Source: Bacilli bacterium
GTDB lineage: Bacteria > Bacillota_I > Bacilli_A > ML615J-28 > CAG-698
Assembly: GCA_050953065.1 (NCBI GenBank)
Contig: JBMNLZ010000002.1
Coordinates: forward strand, 192,001 to 256,000
DNA: 64,000 nt
Direction of reading: 5' to 3'
The notes beneath the pieces are model-generated. The model was not told where the DNA came from and searched no databases. It saw only the letters and a list, made by a program, of their open reading frames with translations. The translations under genes were made by a program, and so were the position numbers. This document shows positions 19,294 through 28,484 of this stretch, piece by piece; the stretch's first letter is position 1; each line of letters opens with the position of its first letter.

Positions 19294-19917
19294 ATGAACA
19301 AACAAATTAGATTTATAGTAGATGTAGCGATCTTTTCAGGATTAGGATTAGTACTTGACTTAGTGGCTGAAATATATTCAGCAACTCTTTTTCCAAATGG
19401 TGGATCGATTGGTTTTGCAATGACTTGTATTTTTATTATGGCTTTTAAGTATAATCTTAAAGGAGGATTACTTAGTGGTTTTTTAATTGGAATTATTCAA
19501 ACTTTAATTTCATGTAAAACAGTTGGTTTTAATGCTTTAACAGTTTTTATTCAAATTGCTATGGATTATTGGCTAGCATATACTGTGGTAGGACTTGCTG
19601 GGATTTTTTCTAAAAAAATGCTTAATAGTGAAACTTTAAAAGAAAAAAATAAATTTTTTATTTTAGGAATTAGTTTAGGTGTTTTATTAAGATTAACCGT
19701 AGCTTCTCTTGCAGGAATTATCTTTTGGTCAGCGTATTTTCCAAGTCAATTTTTAGATAAAGGAATGCTAGGAATAATAATTTATTCTTTTGGATATAAT
19801 GCACTTTATTTAATTCCATCTGGAATTTTATGTGCGATTGTCTTAATTGCTCTTAACCATAAATTCCCTAAAATGTTTATAATTGAAGAATATGAAGAAT
19901 TTACAGATGTTAAGTAA
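19294..19917 (+). CDS. thiT: ECF S-component thiamine transporter
   Basis: PNGGSI, QIAMDYWLAY, GIIFW, YSFGYN; TPP riboswitch upstream. Confidence 0.9.
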   Translation: MNKQIRFIVDVAIFSGLGLVLDLVAEIYSATLFPNGGSIGFAMTCIFIMAFKYNLKGGLLSGFLIGIIQTLISCKTVGFNALTVFIQIAMDYWLAYTVVGLAGIFSKKMLNSETLKEKNKFFILGISLGVLLRLTVASLAGIIFWSAYFPSQFLDKGMLGIIIYSFGYNALYLIPSGILCAIVLIALNHKFPKMFIIEEYEEFTDVK

Positions 19918-19923
19918 AAAGAC

Positions 19924-19952
19924 TTGACAAGTAAAGCGAGTTAAGATATAAT
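19924..19952 (+). promoter_or_regulatory. SigA promoter of rpsP-khpA
   Basis: TTGACA-17 nt-TATAAT. Confidence 0.9.
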
Positions 19953-19984
19953 ACAACTTGTTAATATATTTTAAGGAGGAAAAT

Positions 19985-20257
19985 ATGGCAGTTAAAATTA
20001 GATTACAAAGATATGGTGCTAAGAAAAGACCTTACTATAGAGTAGTAGCAACTGATTCTACTAGTCCTCGTGATGGTCGTTTTATTGAAATTATCGGTAC
20101 TTATCATCCAATCGAAAAAGAAAATGTTTTAAAAATTGATGAAGAAAAAGCGATGAAGTGGCTTTTAAATGGTGCACAACCAACAGACACAGCAAAGTCT
20201 CTTTTATCAAAAGTTGGCATTATTGAAAAATTTACAAAAGCAAAACAAGGAAAGTAA
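19985..20257 (+). CDS. rpsP: 30S ribosomal protein S16
   Basis: [28 protein letters not shown]; AAGGAGG SD. Confidence 0.98.
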   Translation: MAVKIRLQRYGAKKRPYYRVVATDSTSPRDGRFIEIIGTYHPIEKENVLKIDEEKAMKWLLNGAQPTDTAKSLLSKVGIIEKFTKAKQGK

Positions 20258-20260
20258 TTT

Positions 20261-20503
20261 ATGAAATACGAAAAATATTTACTGGACTTAGTTAAGCCAC
20301 TTGTCTTACATCCAGAAGATGTAAAGACAACTATTTTAGCAGAAGAGGATGATACTATTACTGTTCAGATCATGGTTCATGCTGATGATTTGGGTCGTGT
20401 TATTGGTAAGAAAGGGCGCGTTGCAAATGCAATTAGAACAATTGCATATTCAACAGCTGCAAAAAACAACAAAAGAATTGAAATTTTAATTGATTCATTT
20501 TAA
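20261..20503 (+). CDS. khpA: KH-domain RNA-binding protein
   Basis: DLGRVIGKKGRVANAIR; follows rpsP. Confidence 0.93.
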   Translation: MKYEKYLLDLVKPLVLHPEDVKTTILAEEDDTITVQIMVHADDLGRVIGKKGRVANAIRTIAYSTAAKNNKRIEILIDSF

Positions 20504-20529
20504 GAAGATAATTTTATCTTCTTTTTTTA
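20502..20529 (+). terminator. Intrinsic terminator after khpA
   Basis: AAGAAGATAA-T-TTATCTTCTT stem followed by T run. Confidence 0.7.
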
Positions 20530-20584
20530 TTGCAATAAAAAAAGAACTCATAAATTTATGAGTTTTTGTTAGTTAGGTGGTTTT

Positions 20585-21019
20585 TTAATTTGTATTAGTT
20601 TTTGAAACACTGACTTCTTCAGATTGTTTTTCAGGATTTTTAAGTTCAACTTCTGAATTCTTTAGTTTTTGATAATTATTATTAATTGGAGTTTCTTCAT
20701 CTTTAGCATAATTGGCAAGTAAGAGAATAACTCCTCCAAGTATACTAGAAAAAATTAAAGTTAATATTCCAAAAAGTATTCTATCTTTAAAGATATGAAA
20801 AGTAAAAAGAATAGTAATTACTAACATTACTAAAAGTATAAATAAAAAGATTCCAAAAGTTTTATCGATAAAACTAACAATTTTTGGAGGGAAAAAATCT
20901 ATTATTCCAAGGCGAACACCTTCTAAGCATAAAGTTAAAATTACAATTTTAAAAACGATTATTATATAAGTAAAAAGCAAACCAGCAAAAGTAGGATTAT
21001 TATGTTTTTTTCTGCTCAT
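20585..21019 (-). CDS. Hypothetical membrane protein (3 TM, polar tail)
   Basis: Hydrophobic segments; GAGG SD. Confidence 0.7.
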   Translation of the reverse strand: MSRKKHNNPTFAGLLFTYIIIVFKIVILTLCLEGVRLGIIDFFPPKIVSFIDKTFGIFLFILLVMLVITILFTFHIFKDRILFGILTLIFSSILGGVILLLANYAKDEETPINNNYQKLKNSEVELKNPEKQSEEVSVSKTNTN

Positions 21020-21129
21020 TTTTTATTACCTCGTTTAGGCTAATTATAATATATATAATTATTTTAGTCAAATTAAAAGATTTAATTTAATAAATAATTC
21101 AATAAAAACTTCAATTAAAGAGGTTTAAA

Positions 21130-21192
21130 TTGACAATCCTTTTTAATCGTATTATAATAATTATAATACATCTTGAATATATATTCAGATGT
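21130..21192 (+). promoter_or_regulatory. SigA promoter with downstream ArsR/SmtB-type operator palindrome
   Basis: TTGACA (21130)-17 nt-TATAAT (21153); ACATCT-TGAATATATATTCA-GATGT dyad at 21168-21192. Confidence 0.8.
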
Positions 21193-21219
21193 TTAAAAGA
21201 AGAAATAATAAAAAATTAT

Positions 21220-21430
21220 AAGCTTTAAAAAAATTTAAAGCAGTCGTTAACAAGACTATTAAGGATTATTAATTTACTTAAAGATAAAGAATTAAGTGTT
21301 AATGAAATTGCTAGTATTAAAAAAAATAAAGATCATAAAAGGCTTTAGAAAGGGGGAGCATGTTTATTATAGAATCAATAATAATCATATAAACATGATT
21401 GATTAAGTAGATAAACATGTTAATCAATAA
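21220..21430 (+). pseudogene. Degraded ArsR/SmtB/CadC-family repressor
   Basis: Fragments in different frames: TRLLRIINLLKDKELSVNEIAS, IIKGFRKGEHVYYR, NHINMID*VDKHVNQ; recognition helix missing. Confidence 0.8.
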
Positions 21431-21432
21431 GT

Positions 21433-23850
21433 ATGGGGAGCATTTTAAAAAAATACTTTATATTAAAAAATATTGATAATACAAACACATATAGAAAAAT
21501 TGAAATTGCTTTAGCAAAGAAATTTAAAAATGGCATTGCTAAAATAAATCCAGCTAATGATAATTTAGTTGTTGAGTTTAATACTGAAGAATATTTAGAA
21601 GAAGATTTAAAATTAATTTTTGAAGTTGTTAAAGAATATGCAGAAGATGTTGAAATTGAAGAAAAAGAAGCTAAAATTAAAATTAGAAAAACTTTAATTT
21701 TAGAAAATTTAGATTGTGCAAATTGTGCTGCTAAAATTGAAAGAATTGCTAAAAGAACATTTGATCATGAATTTATTGTAGTTGATTTTGTTACTTCAAG
21801 ATTTATTATTGAAACAACTGATAAAGATTTACTAGATCATCTTCAAGAAGAAGTGGCTGATATTGCAATTAGTGTAGATAGTAATATTGTTGTTTTAGAG
21901 AAACAAGAAAAAAGTAAAAAAGAAACTCAAAAGATTAGAATTGAAAGAAAGAAAGTTATTACATATAGTCTGGGAATGATTTTGTTTATTGGCGGAATGA
22001 TTACAAGACATTTGATAGGCTTATATACTGAATATAGAGTTCCATATTATATGTCACTGATTGTCTATTTAGCTGCTTATGCTTTACTAGGATTTGATTT
22101 AGTATATGGTGCGATTAGAAATATTATGTCAGGAAGGGTTTTTGATGAAAAATTCTTAATGACAATTGCAACTCTAACAGCTTTATTTATAGGTTCTTAT
22201 AATGAGGCTATCTTTGTATTGATTTTTTATAAGACAGGAGAATTATTACAACAATATGCAGTAAATTATTCAAGAAGATCAATTGCTGGATTAATTGATA
22301 TTAAACCTCAAAGTGCATTTTTATACAGTGATGGTGATATTACAGAAGTTGATCCAAGTGAGGTTGTTAAGGGAGATATTATCATTGTTAGAAAAGGTGA
22401 TAGAATACCTCTTGATGGAATAGTAGTAAGCGGGCATTCAGAATTAGATGTTTCTTCATTAACAGGAGAAAGTTTACTTAGAACAGTTGAAGCAGGAGAT
22501 GAAGTATTCTCAGGGTCTATTAATGTAGATGGACTTTTAAAAATAAAAGTAACTAAAGCATTTGAAGATTCAATGTGTACTAAGATTATAAATTTAGTAG
22601 AAAATGCTAGTACATTAAAATCTAAATCTGAAAATTTTATTTCAAAGTTTGCTAAGTATTATACACCTGCGATAGTTTTCTTTGCGGTGTTGTTAGCTGT
22701 TTTATTACCTTTTATGACAATTAATCAATATAATAGTTATTCTGAAGCTTTTCAAAGTTCAATTTATAAAGCATTAATCTTTTTAGTAATTTCATGTCCT
22801 TGTGCTTTAGTAATTTCAATTCCTTTAGGTTTTTTTGGAGGAATTGGAGCAGCTAGTAGGAATGGGATTTTAATTAAGGGAAGTAACTTTTTAGAAGCAT
22901 TAAATAATGTTAGTACAGTTGTTTTTGATAAAACAGGAACTCTAACTAAGGGTAAATTTAAAGTTGAAAAAATAGTTAGCACTTCTAGTATGAGTGAGGA
23001 TGATATCTTAGATTATTCTGCTCATTTAGAATCGCTAGCAAATCATCCGATTGCTAAATCAATCGTTGATTATTATGGGCTTCATCATATTAATACAACT
23101 GTTGTTCAGTTTGCTAAAACATCAAGTAGTAATGGAGTAGAAGGAACTGTAAAAAATACGCAAGTAGCATTAGGAAGTTATAAATTTATTTCTAAATTTA
23201 ATTTAGAAATTGAAGAGATAAATCTTCCTGGAGTTATTATTTATGTTGTAATAGATAATAAATATGTTGGTTATATTATTATTAAAGATGAAATTAAAGA
23301 TGAAACTGTTAAAGCATTAAATGAATTAAGAAGTTTAGGGATTAAAGATATTCAAATGATTACTGGTGATAGTTATGAAATTGCAAGTGAGGTTAGTGAG
23401 TCTTTAAATATTGAAAAGTTTCATGCTGAAAAAACTCCACTTGATAAAGTAGCAATTGTTGATAGTATTAAATCTAAATTATCAGTAAATGAAAAAATAG
23501 CTTTTGTTGGTGATGGGGTTAATGATGCTCCAGTTTTAAGTAGTGCTGATATTGGTATTGCAATGGGTGGTTATGGAAGTGATGCTGCAATAGAAGTAGC
23601 AGATATTGTTTTAATGAAAGACAATATGAATAAAATTCCACTGGCTATAAGAATTGCAAGAAAAACAAGAGAGATTGTAATTCAAAATATTATTTTAGCT
23701 TTAGGAATTAAAATCCTTGTTTTAGCACTTACTCCTTTTAATGGTTTAATTCATATTTGGGAAGCAATCTTTGCTGATGTTGGTGTTTCTTTACTAACAA
23801 TTCTTAATTCATTAAGAATTATGAGAATTAATAAAAAGAAAGTAGAATAA
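21433..23850 (+). CDS. cadA: Cd/Zn heavy-metal translocating P1B-type ATPase
   Basis: LDCANCAAKIE, TGES, ISCPCAL, DKTGT, HP, GDGVNDAP, FADVG. Confidence 0.93.
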   Translation: MGSILKKYFILKNIDNTNTYRKIEIALAKKFKNGIAKINPANDNLVVEFNTEEYLEEDLKLIFEVVKEYAEDVEIEEKEAKIKIRKTLILENLDCANCAAKIERIAKRTFDHEFIVVDFVTSRFIIETTDKDLLDHLQEEVADIAISVDSNIVVLEKQEKSKKETQKIRIERKKVITYSLGMILFIGGMITRHLIGLYTEYRVPYYMSLIVYLAAYALLGFDLVYGAIRNIMSGRVFDEKFLMTIATLTALFIGSYNEAIFVLIFYKTGELLQQYAVNYSRRSIAGLIDIKPQSAFLYSDGDITEVDPSEVVKGDIIIVRKGDRIPLDGIVVSGHSELDVSSLTGESLLRTVEAGDEVFSGSINVDGLLKIKVTKAFEDSMCTKIINLVENASTLKSKSENFISKFAKYYTPAIVFFAVLLAVLLPFMTINQYNSYSEAFQSSIYKALIFLVISCPCALVISIPLGFFGGIGAASRNGILIKGSNFLEALNNVSTVVFDKTGTLTKGKFKVEKIVSTSSMSEDDILDYSAHLESLANHPIAKSIVDYYGLHHINTTVVQFAKTSSSNGVEGTVKNTQVALGSYKFISKFNLEIEEINLPGVIIYVVIDNKYVGYIIIKDEIKDETVKALNELRSLGIKDIQMITGDSYEIASEVSESLNIEKFHAEKTPLDKVAIVDSIKSKLSVNEKIAFVGDGVNDAPVLSSADIGIAMGGYGSDAAIEVADIVLMKDNMNKIPLAIRIARKTREIVIQNIILALGIKILVLALTPFNGLIHIWEAIFADVGVSLLTILNSLRIMRINKKKVE

Positions 23851-23852
23851 AG

Positions 23853-24350
23853 ATGGATTATATTGAAGTTGGAAAAATTGTAGGAACTCATGGTATAAAG
23901 GGTGAATTAAAAGTATTATCTGATTCTGATTTTAAAAGTGAGAGATTTAAAAAGGGCAATGTTTTATATTTGAAAATAAATGATGAATATAAAGAAGTAA
24001 AAGTGTCTTCATATAGACCTCATAAAAATTTAGACTTAATAACTATTAATAATTTGTTTGATATTAATGAAGTTTTAAAATATGTTAATAAAGATTTATA
24101 TGTAAAAAAAGACCAATTAGAAAAATTAAATATAGATGAATATTATTATACAGAATTAATTGGTTTAGAAGTTGTTAGTTTAGAAAATGAATTAATAGGT
24201 GTTGTTAAAGATATTATGAGACTTCCTCAAGGAGAAGTATTAGTTGTTTATAATTCTAACAACAAAAGAATTTTAATTCCTTTTGTGGATGAATTTATTG
24301 TTGAAGTAAAAAATAAAGTAATTGTTAAAGTGATAGAAGGCTTAATATGA
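23853..24350 (+). CDS. rimM: Ribosome maturation factor
   Basis: VGKIVGTHGIKGELKV, EYYYTELIG, LIPFV. Confidence 0.96.
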   Translation: MDYIEVGKIVGTHGIKGELKVLSDSDFKSERFKKGNVLYLKINDEYKEVKVSSYRPHKNLDLITINNLFDINEVLKYVNKDLYVKKDQLEKLNIDEYYYTELIGLEVVSLENELIGVVKDIMRLPQGEVLVVYNSNNKRILIPFVDEFIVEVKNKVIVKVIEGLI

Positions 24351-25072
24351 TAATTGATGTTATAACTATTTTTCCTGAAATTATAAAGAGTGCGATTAAT
24401 CAATCAATCATTGCAAGAGCTCTTGTAAATAATTATGTAGAAATTAATGTTTTAGATTTTAGAGAATTTTCTTTAGATAAAAACAAAAGAGTAGATGATT
24501 ATTCTTATGGTGGTGGAGCAGGGATGGTGATTGGAGTCCAACCAATAGTAGCTGCTTTAAAAAGCATTAAAGACTATCAAAGCGCTCATAAGATTTTAAC
24601 TTCTCCTGAAGGAGTTAAATATAATCAAAAAAAAGCTCATGAGTTAAAGAGTAAAAAGCATTTAATTATTATTTGTGGGCATTATGAAGGAATTGATGCT
24701 AGGATTAATAATTATATAGATGAGACTATTAGTTTAGGTGATTTTATTTTAACAGGTGGAGAGATTGCTGCTTTAGCAATCATTGATAGTGTTGTAAGAC
24801 TTATTGATGGAGTTTTAGGCAATAGCCAGTCACTAGAAACTGAAAGTTTTGAAATGGGACTTTTAGAATATGATCAATACACTAGACCTGAAGAGTTTGA
24901 TGGATATAGTGTTCCTGAGGTATTGCTTTCTGGAAACCATGAAAAGATAAGACAGTTTAGACGCTATAATGCAATAGAAAAAACATATAAAAAAAGACCT
25001 GATTTATTAGAAGAAGTATCTCTTAGTAAAGAAGATGAGAAAATTTTAAAAGAAATTAAGAATAAGGAATAA
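24347..25072 (+). CDS. trmD: tRNA (guanine37-N1)-methyltransferase
   Basis: DDYSYGGGAGMV, CGHYEGIDAR, SLGDFILTGGE, YTRP, LLSGNH. Confidence 0.97.
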   Translation: MIIDVITIFPEIIKSAINQSIIARALVNNYVEINVLDFREFSLDKNKRVDDYSYGGGAGMVIGVQPIVAALKSIKDYQSAHKILTSPEGVKYNQKKAHELKSKKHLIIICGHYEGIDARINNYIDETISLGDFILTGGEIAALAIIDSVVRLIDGVLGNSQSLETESFEMGLLEYDQYTRPEEFDGYSVPEVLLSGNHEKIRQFRRYNAIEKTYKKRPDLLEEVSLSKEDEKILKEIKNKE

Positions 25073-25513
25073 TTGATGAAAAAATTATTTTTAGTATTAT
25101 TAAGTATGATAGTTTTTTTATTATCATCTTGCTGTGGAAGAGTATATAAATATAATCAAAATAATATTGATAGATTTGATTTGATTATTGAAAATAAATT
25201 AAATGGATTATATAGTCAAGCTTTAGCATATGATTTAAGAAAAGACTGTGATGATGGCCATATTGAAGGCTTTACTTGTGTAAGAGTTTTAGAAAACTCT
25301 TTAACAAAAGATGAGATTATTGAAATGATTTCGTCTTATAATAAAGATGCTGTTATTATTTTGATCTGTAGTGATGGATTAGAAAGTAGTGAAATTGCTA
25401 ATATTTTAAAGCGTAAAAATTATAAAAGCGTTCATTATTTTGAAGGCGGATATAATAATTATTGTGAGATTAAAGGCGATAGTTTTATTCCAAAAGTAGG
25501 GTGTGATTGTTAA
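25073..25513 (+). CDS. Rhodanese-like lipoprotein
   Basis: Lipobox LSSC; YDLR...GHIEG, ILICSDGLES, FEGGY; ends in CDC. Confidence 0.75.
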   Translation: MMKKLFLVLLSMIVFLLSSCCGRVYKYNQNNIDRFDLIIENKLNGLYSQALAYDLRKDCDDGHIEGFTCVRVLENSLTKDEIIEMISSYNKDAVIILICSDGLESSEIANILKRKNYKSVHYFEGGYNNYCEIKGDSFIPKVGCDC

Positions 25514-25541
25514 TGATATATTTTGTTTATAGGGTGAGCTT

Positions 25542-27134
25542 ATGAAAAAAATTTATGAAACAATTTTATTTATGATTTTTGGAATAATCTATATCGCCTT
25601 TTGTTTTGTTTTAATATGGTATTTAATTAACTTAATTTTTTTTAATTTAAATAAAGGCTTAATTTCTTTTTTAATTGTTTTATTTATTTCAAGTATTTCA
25701 TTAATAATAGGATTTATCTCTATTAAGAAATTAACTAAAAGATTTGTTGATTATAAAACAAAATTAAATCAAGAAGATAAAGAAAGATTATTTACTTTAT
25801 TTGAAGAAGTAAAAGAAAAATCAAAAAAGAAGAATGTAAAACTTTTATTGTTTAATGATTCTAAAGGTGATTTTTTAGGTTCACCTGCTCTTGCTCTTCA
25901 AACATCAAAGTCATACATTGGTTTAGCAGAAGATGTTAGAGTAGAACATGATGAAGTAATTAAGGGTTTAATTGCTCATGAGATGTATCATATTATTTCT
26001 AATTTTAATATTATATATTTTTTTATTAATATTCTAACAATGCCTTTATCTTTTCTTTTTTTATTGCTTTTAGAAAGTTATTGGGTTTTAGTAAAAGCAT
26101 TAGGAAAAAAACATAATACAATCATTTATATTTGTTTATATTTTATTTATCTTTTAACAGTTATTTTATTACTTATTGTAAGATTACCTTATAATATTTT
26201 AATTGCTCCACTTAATAGATATGAAGAAAGACAAGCAGATAAATTTGCTTGTAGTTTAGGTTATGCTGAGGGGTTAAGATATGGTTTGTATAAAACAACA
26301 AAGAACTCAAAAATAACAATTAAAAATATCTTTTATTGGATTTTACCAATCCATCCTTTAGTTGATAATAGATTAAGTAAGATTTATGAATTAAGCAAAA
26401 AAGAATATGATAAAGAATTCTATATTATAAATGATGAATTATTATTTATTGAAAAAGAAGTAGAAAATCTTAAAATACCAAATAATGTTTTAAAAGTTTC
26501 TTGTAGTAATGTTTTAAATTATAATGCAAAAGTTAAAACAATTGATTTTAATAATGTTAGAAAAATAAAAGCAAGTGCTTTTAGAAATATCCATTCATTA
26601 GAAAAAATAACTTTAGAAAATGTTGAAACAGTTGAGCAATATGCTTTCTTTAATTGTTTGAATTTAAAAGAAGTAAAGATTTCTAAAGTGTTAAATGAAA
26701 TTGGAGAAAATGCATTTTTAAATACTGTTCTTACAAAAAACAAAGAAATATCTTTTATTACATTAGATAATTGGGCAATTGCTTGTAATCTTAAAAATCC
26801 TAAGTATTTAGAAATTCCAAATAATATTTCTAATCTTCAAAACAAATTGTTTTTAAGATTTAATAATTTAGAGTTTGTTAGGATTTTAAATCCTAAATTT
26901 AAGTTTAAAGAAAAAGACTTTAATTTTTCAAACTTAAAAGCAATAATTTGGGAGAATAGTGAAATTGAAAATATAAAAATAATTAAATCATTAGATGAAT
27001 TAAAGATATTTTTGTTAGAAGATCTAAAAACAATAGAATTAGATGATGAAAAAATAAAAGAATTTAATGAATTAAGTAGTTTTCAAGAATTAATTGATAA
27101 GTACTATAATTTTATATTTTTAAGTAAGCAATAA
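25542..27134 (+). CDS. M48 (HtpX-like) membrane metallopeptidase fused to BspA-type LRR domain
   Basis: TM helices, IAHEMYH (HEXXH), YEERQADKFA, HPLVDNR; C-term VETVEQYAFFNCLNL / LNEIGENAFLNT repeats. Confidence 0.8.
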   Translation: MKKIYETILFMIFGIIYIAFCFVLIWYLINLIFFNLNKGLISFLIVLFISSISLIIGFISIKKLTKRFVDYKTKLNQEDKERLFTLFEEVKEKSKKKNVKLLLFNDSKGDFLGSPALALQTSKSYIGLAEDVRVEHDEVIKGLIAHEMYHIISNFNIIYFFINILTMPLSFLFLLLLESYWVLVKALGKKHNTIIYICLYFIYLLTVILLLIVRLPYNILIAPLNRYEERQADKFACSLGYAEGLRYGLYKTTKNSKITIKNIFYWILPIHPLVDNRLSKIYELSKKEYDKEFYIINDELLFIEKEVENLKIPNNVLKVSCSNVLNYNAKVKTIDFNNVRKIKASAFRNIHSLEKITLENVETVEQYAFFNCLNLKEVKISKVLNEIGENAFLNTVLTKNKEISFITLDNWAIACNLKNPKYLEIPNNISNLQNKLFLRFNNLEFVRILNPKFKFKEKDFNFSNLKAIIWENSEIENIKIIKSLDELKIFLLEDLKTIELDDEKIKEFNELSSFQELIDKYYNFIFLSKQ

Positions 27135-27220
27135 ATATCTTGCAAAGTGATAAAATAAATTTTATAATATGTATAAGGTTTATAAGAATCTTAAAATAAT
27201 TATTAAAGAAAGAGGAAAAA

Positions 27221-27823
27221 ATGAGTTTTAAAGAAAAGTTTTCAAACGAAGCAAAAGATTTAAGAAGTTTTAAAAAGTTTTATGAAACAATCGCATTTAT
27301 TGTTTTAACGGCTCTTGTTGTTCAACAATTATTTTTCTTGATTTGGAATGGTATAAGAGGTTTTGTTAAAAACGATTGGTTTAATACGAATGGTTTTACA
27401 AATGCTAACTTGCAAGCATATGTAGCAAGAATTGCAGATATAGATCGTAGTAGTGTATTTGTTATGATTGTTTCTTTGATAGCTTGGATTTTGTATTATG
27501 TTTTCATGTATTTTGTTGTATTTAAATTTTCTAGTAAACGTGGAATGTCTAAATGGACATGGACTTTGTTTGTAATTTTTGGTCCGAATGTTATTTTTGC
27601 ACCAGCATATATTTGGTTTATTCTATTTGCATATAGATATGAAATTTATGCTATCTTTAGAAAAGTTGTAAGAGAAGTTGGAGAAAGTGGTGAAGATTCA
27701 AAAGAAGATGTTGAAGTAGTTGAAGCAGAACCAATTGAGGAAGTAAAACCAGTTTTAAAACCAAAACCAGCAGCTAAACCAAAAACAACAGAAACTAAAA
27801 CAACAACAAAAAAAGAAGATTAA
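27221..27823 (+). CDS. Hypothetical membrane protein with charged low-complexity tail
   Basis: About 3 TM segments; own TATAAT promoter, GAGG SD and terminator (27836-27878). Confidence 0.75.
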   Translation: MSFKEKFSNEAKDLRSFKKFYETIAFIVLTALVVQQLFFLIWNGIRGFVKNDWFNTNGFTNANLQAYVARIADIDRSSVFVMIVSLIAWILYYVFMYFVVFKFSSKRGMSKWTWTLFVIFGPNVIFAPAYIWFILFAYRYEIYAIFRKVVREVGESGEDSKEDVEVVEAEPIEEVKPVLKPKPAAKPKTTETKTTTKKED

Positions 27824-27835
27824 TAAAAGATTTTA

Positions 27836-27878
27836 AATAAAAGACTTTTGAATTTATAAATTCAAAAGTCTTTATTTT
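27836..27878 (+). terminator. Intrinsic terminator
   Basis: AATAAAAGACTTTTGAATTT-AT-AAATTCAAAAGTCTTTTATT. Confidence 0.85.
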
Positions 27879-27902
27879 ATTTAAGAAAATATTAAAAATT
27901 AC

Positions 27903-27931
27903 TTGTCAAGTATAAAATCTTATGTTATACT
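27903..27931 (+). promoter_or_regulatory. SigA promoter of rplS
   Basis: TTGTCA-17 nt-TATACT with extended TG. Confidence 0.75.
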
Positions 27932-27957
27932 ACTTGAGGTTAAGAAATTAACAAACA

Positions 27958-27998
27958 CATTGTTCCGCTGCTATAAAATAAATAGTATTGAACATTGG
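27958..27998 (+). ncRNA. L19 leader RNA
   Basis: TGTTCCGCTG-hairpin-GAACATTGG directly upstream of rplS, matching the Firmicute L19 leader pattern. Confidence 0.75.
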
Positions 27999-28018
27999 AA
28001 GAAGGAGTGTGAACTATA

Positions 28019-28366
28019 ATGAGTCAAGAGTTAATCAAAGCTATCACTAATGATTATCTACGTGCAGAAGTTCCTGAATTCCGTCCTGGTGATAACGTAA
28101 AAGTATACGTTAAAATCAAAGAGGGTAATAGAGAAAGATTGCAAGTATTTGAAGGATTAGTGATCAAAAGACGTGGAAGTGGAATTAGCGAAACTTTTAC
28201 AGTGCGTAAAATGTCTTCAGGAGTAGGAGTTGAAAGAACTTTCCCTATTCATACACCAAACGTTGACAGAATTGAAGTTGTTCGTCGTGGTAAAGTTCGT
28301 CGTGCGAAACTTAACTACATTCGTACATTATCAGCTAAAGCCGCTCGTATTAAAGAGCGTAGATAA
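28019..28366 (+). CDS. rplS: 50S ribosomal protein L19
   Basis: [35 protein letters not shown]. Confidence 0.98.
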   Translation: MSQELIKAITNDYLRAEVPEFRPGDNVKVYVKIKEGNRERLQVFEGLVIKRRGSGISETFTVRKMSSGVGVERTFPIHTPNVDRIEVVRRGKVRRAKLNYIRTLSAKAARIKERR

Positions 28367-28391
28367 TAAAAGGCCAATAGGCCTTTTTATT
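28366..28391 (+). terminator. Intrinsic terminator of rplS
   Basis: AAAAGGCC-AATA-GGCCTTTT. Confidence 0.85.
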
Positions 28392-28484
28392 TATGAAAAT
28401 GGTTATAATTATTTTCACTAATCTTCTTGATAATAATTATAATTGTGTTATAATGAAAATGTATTTGCGGAAAGAGGTGTTAGG

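Noticed and set aside
28394-28407. cre-like site upstream of ccpA (TGAAAATGGTTATA)
   Set aside because: Lacks the central CG and the terminal CA; too weak to call.
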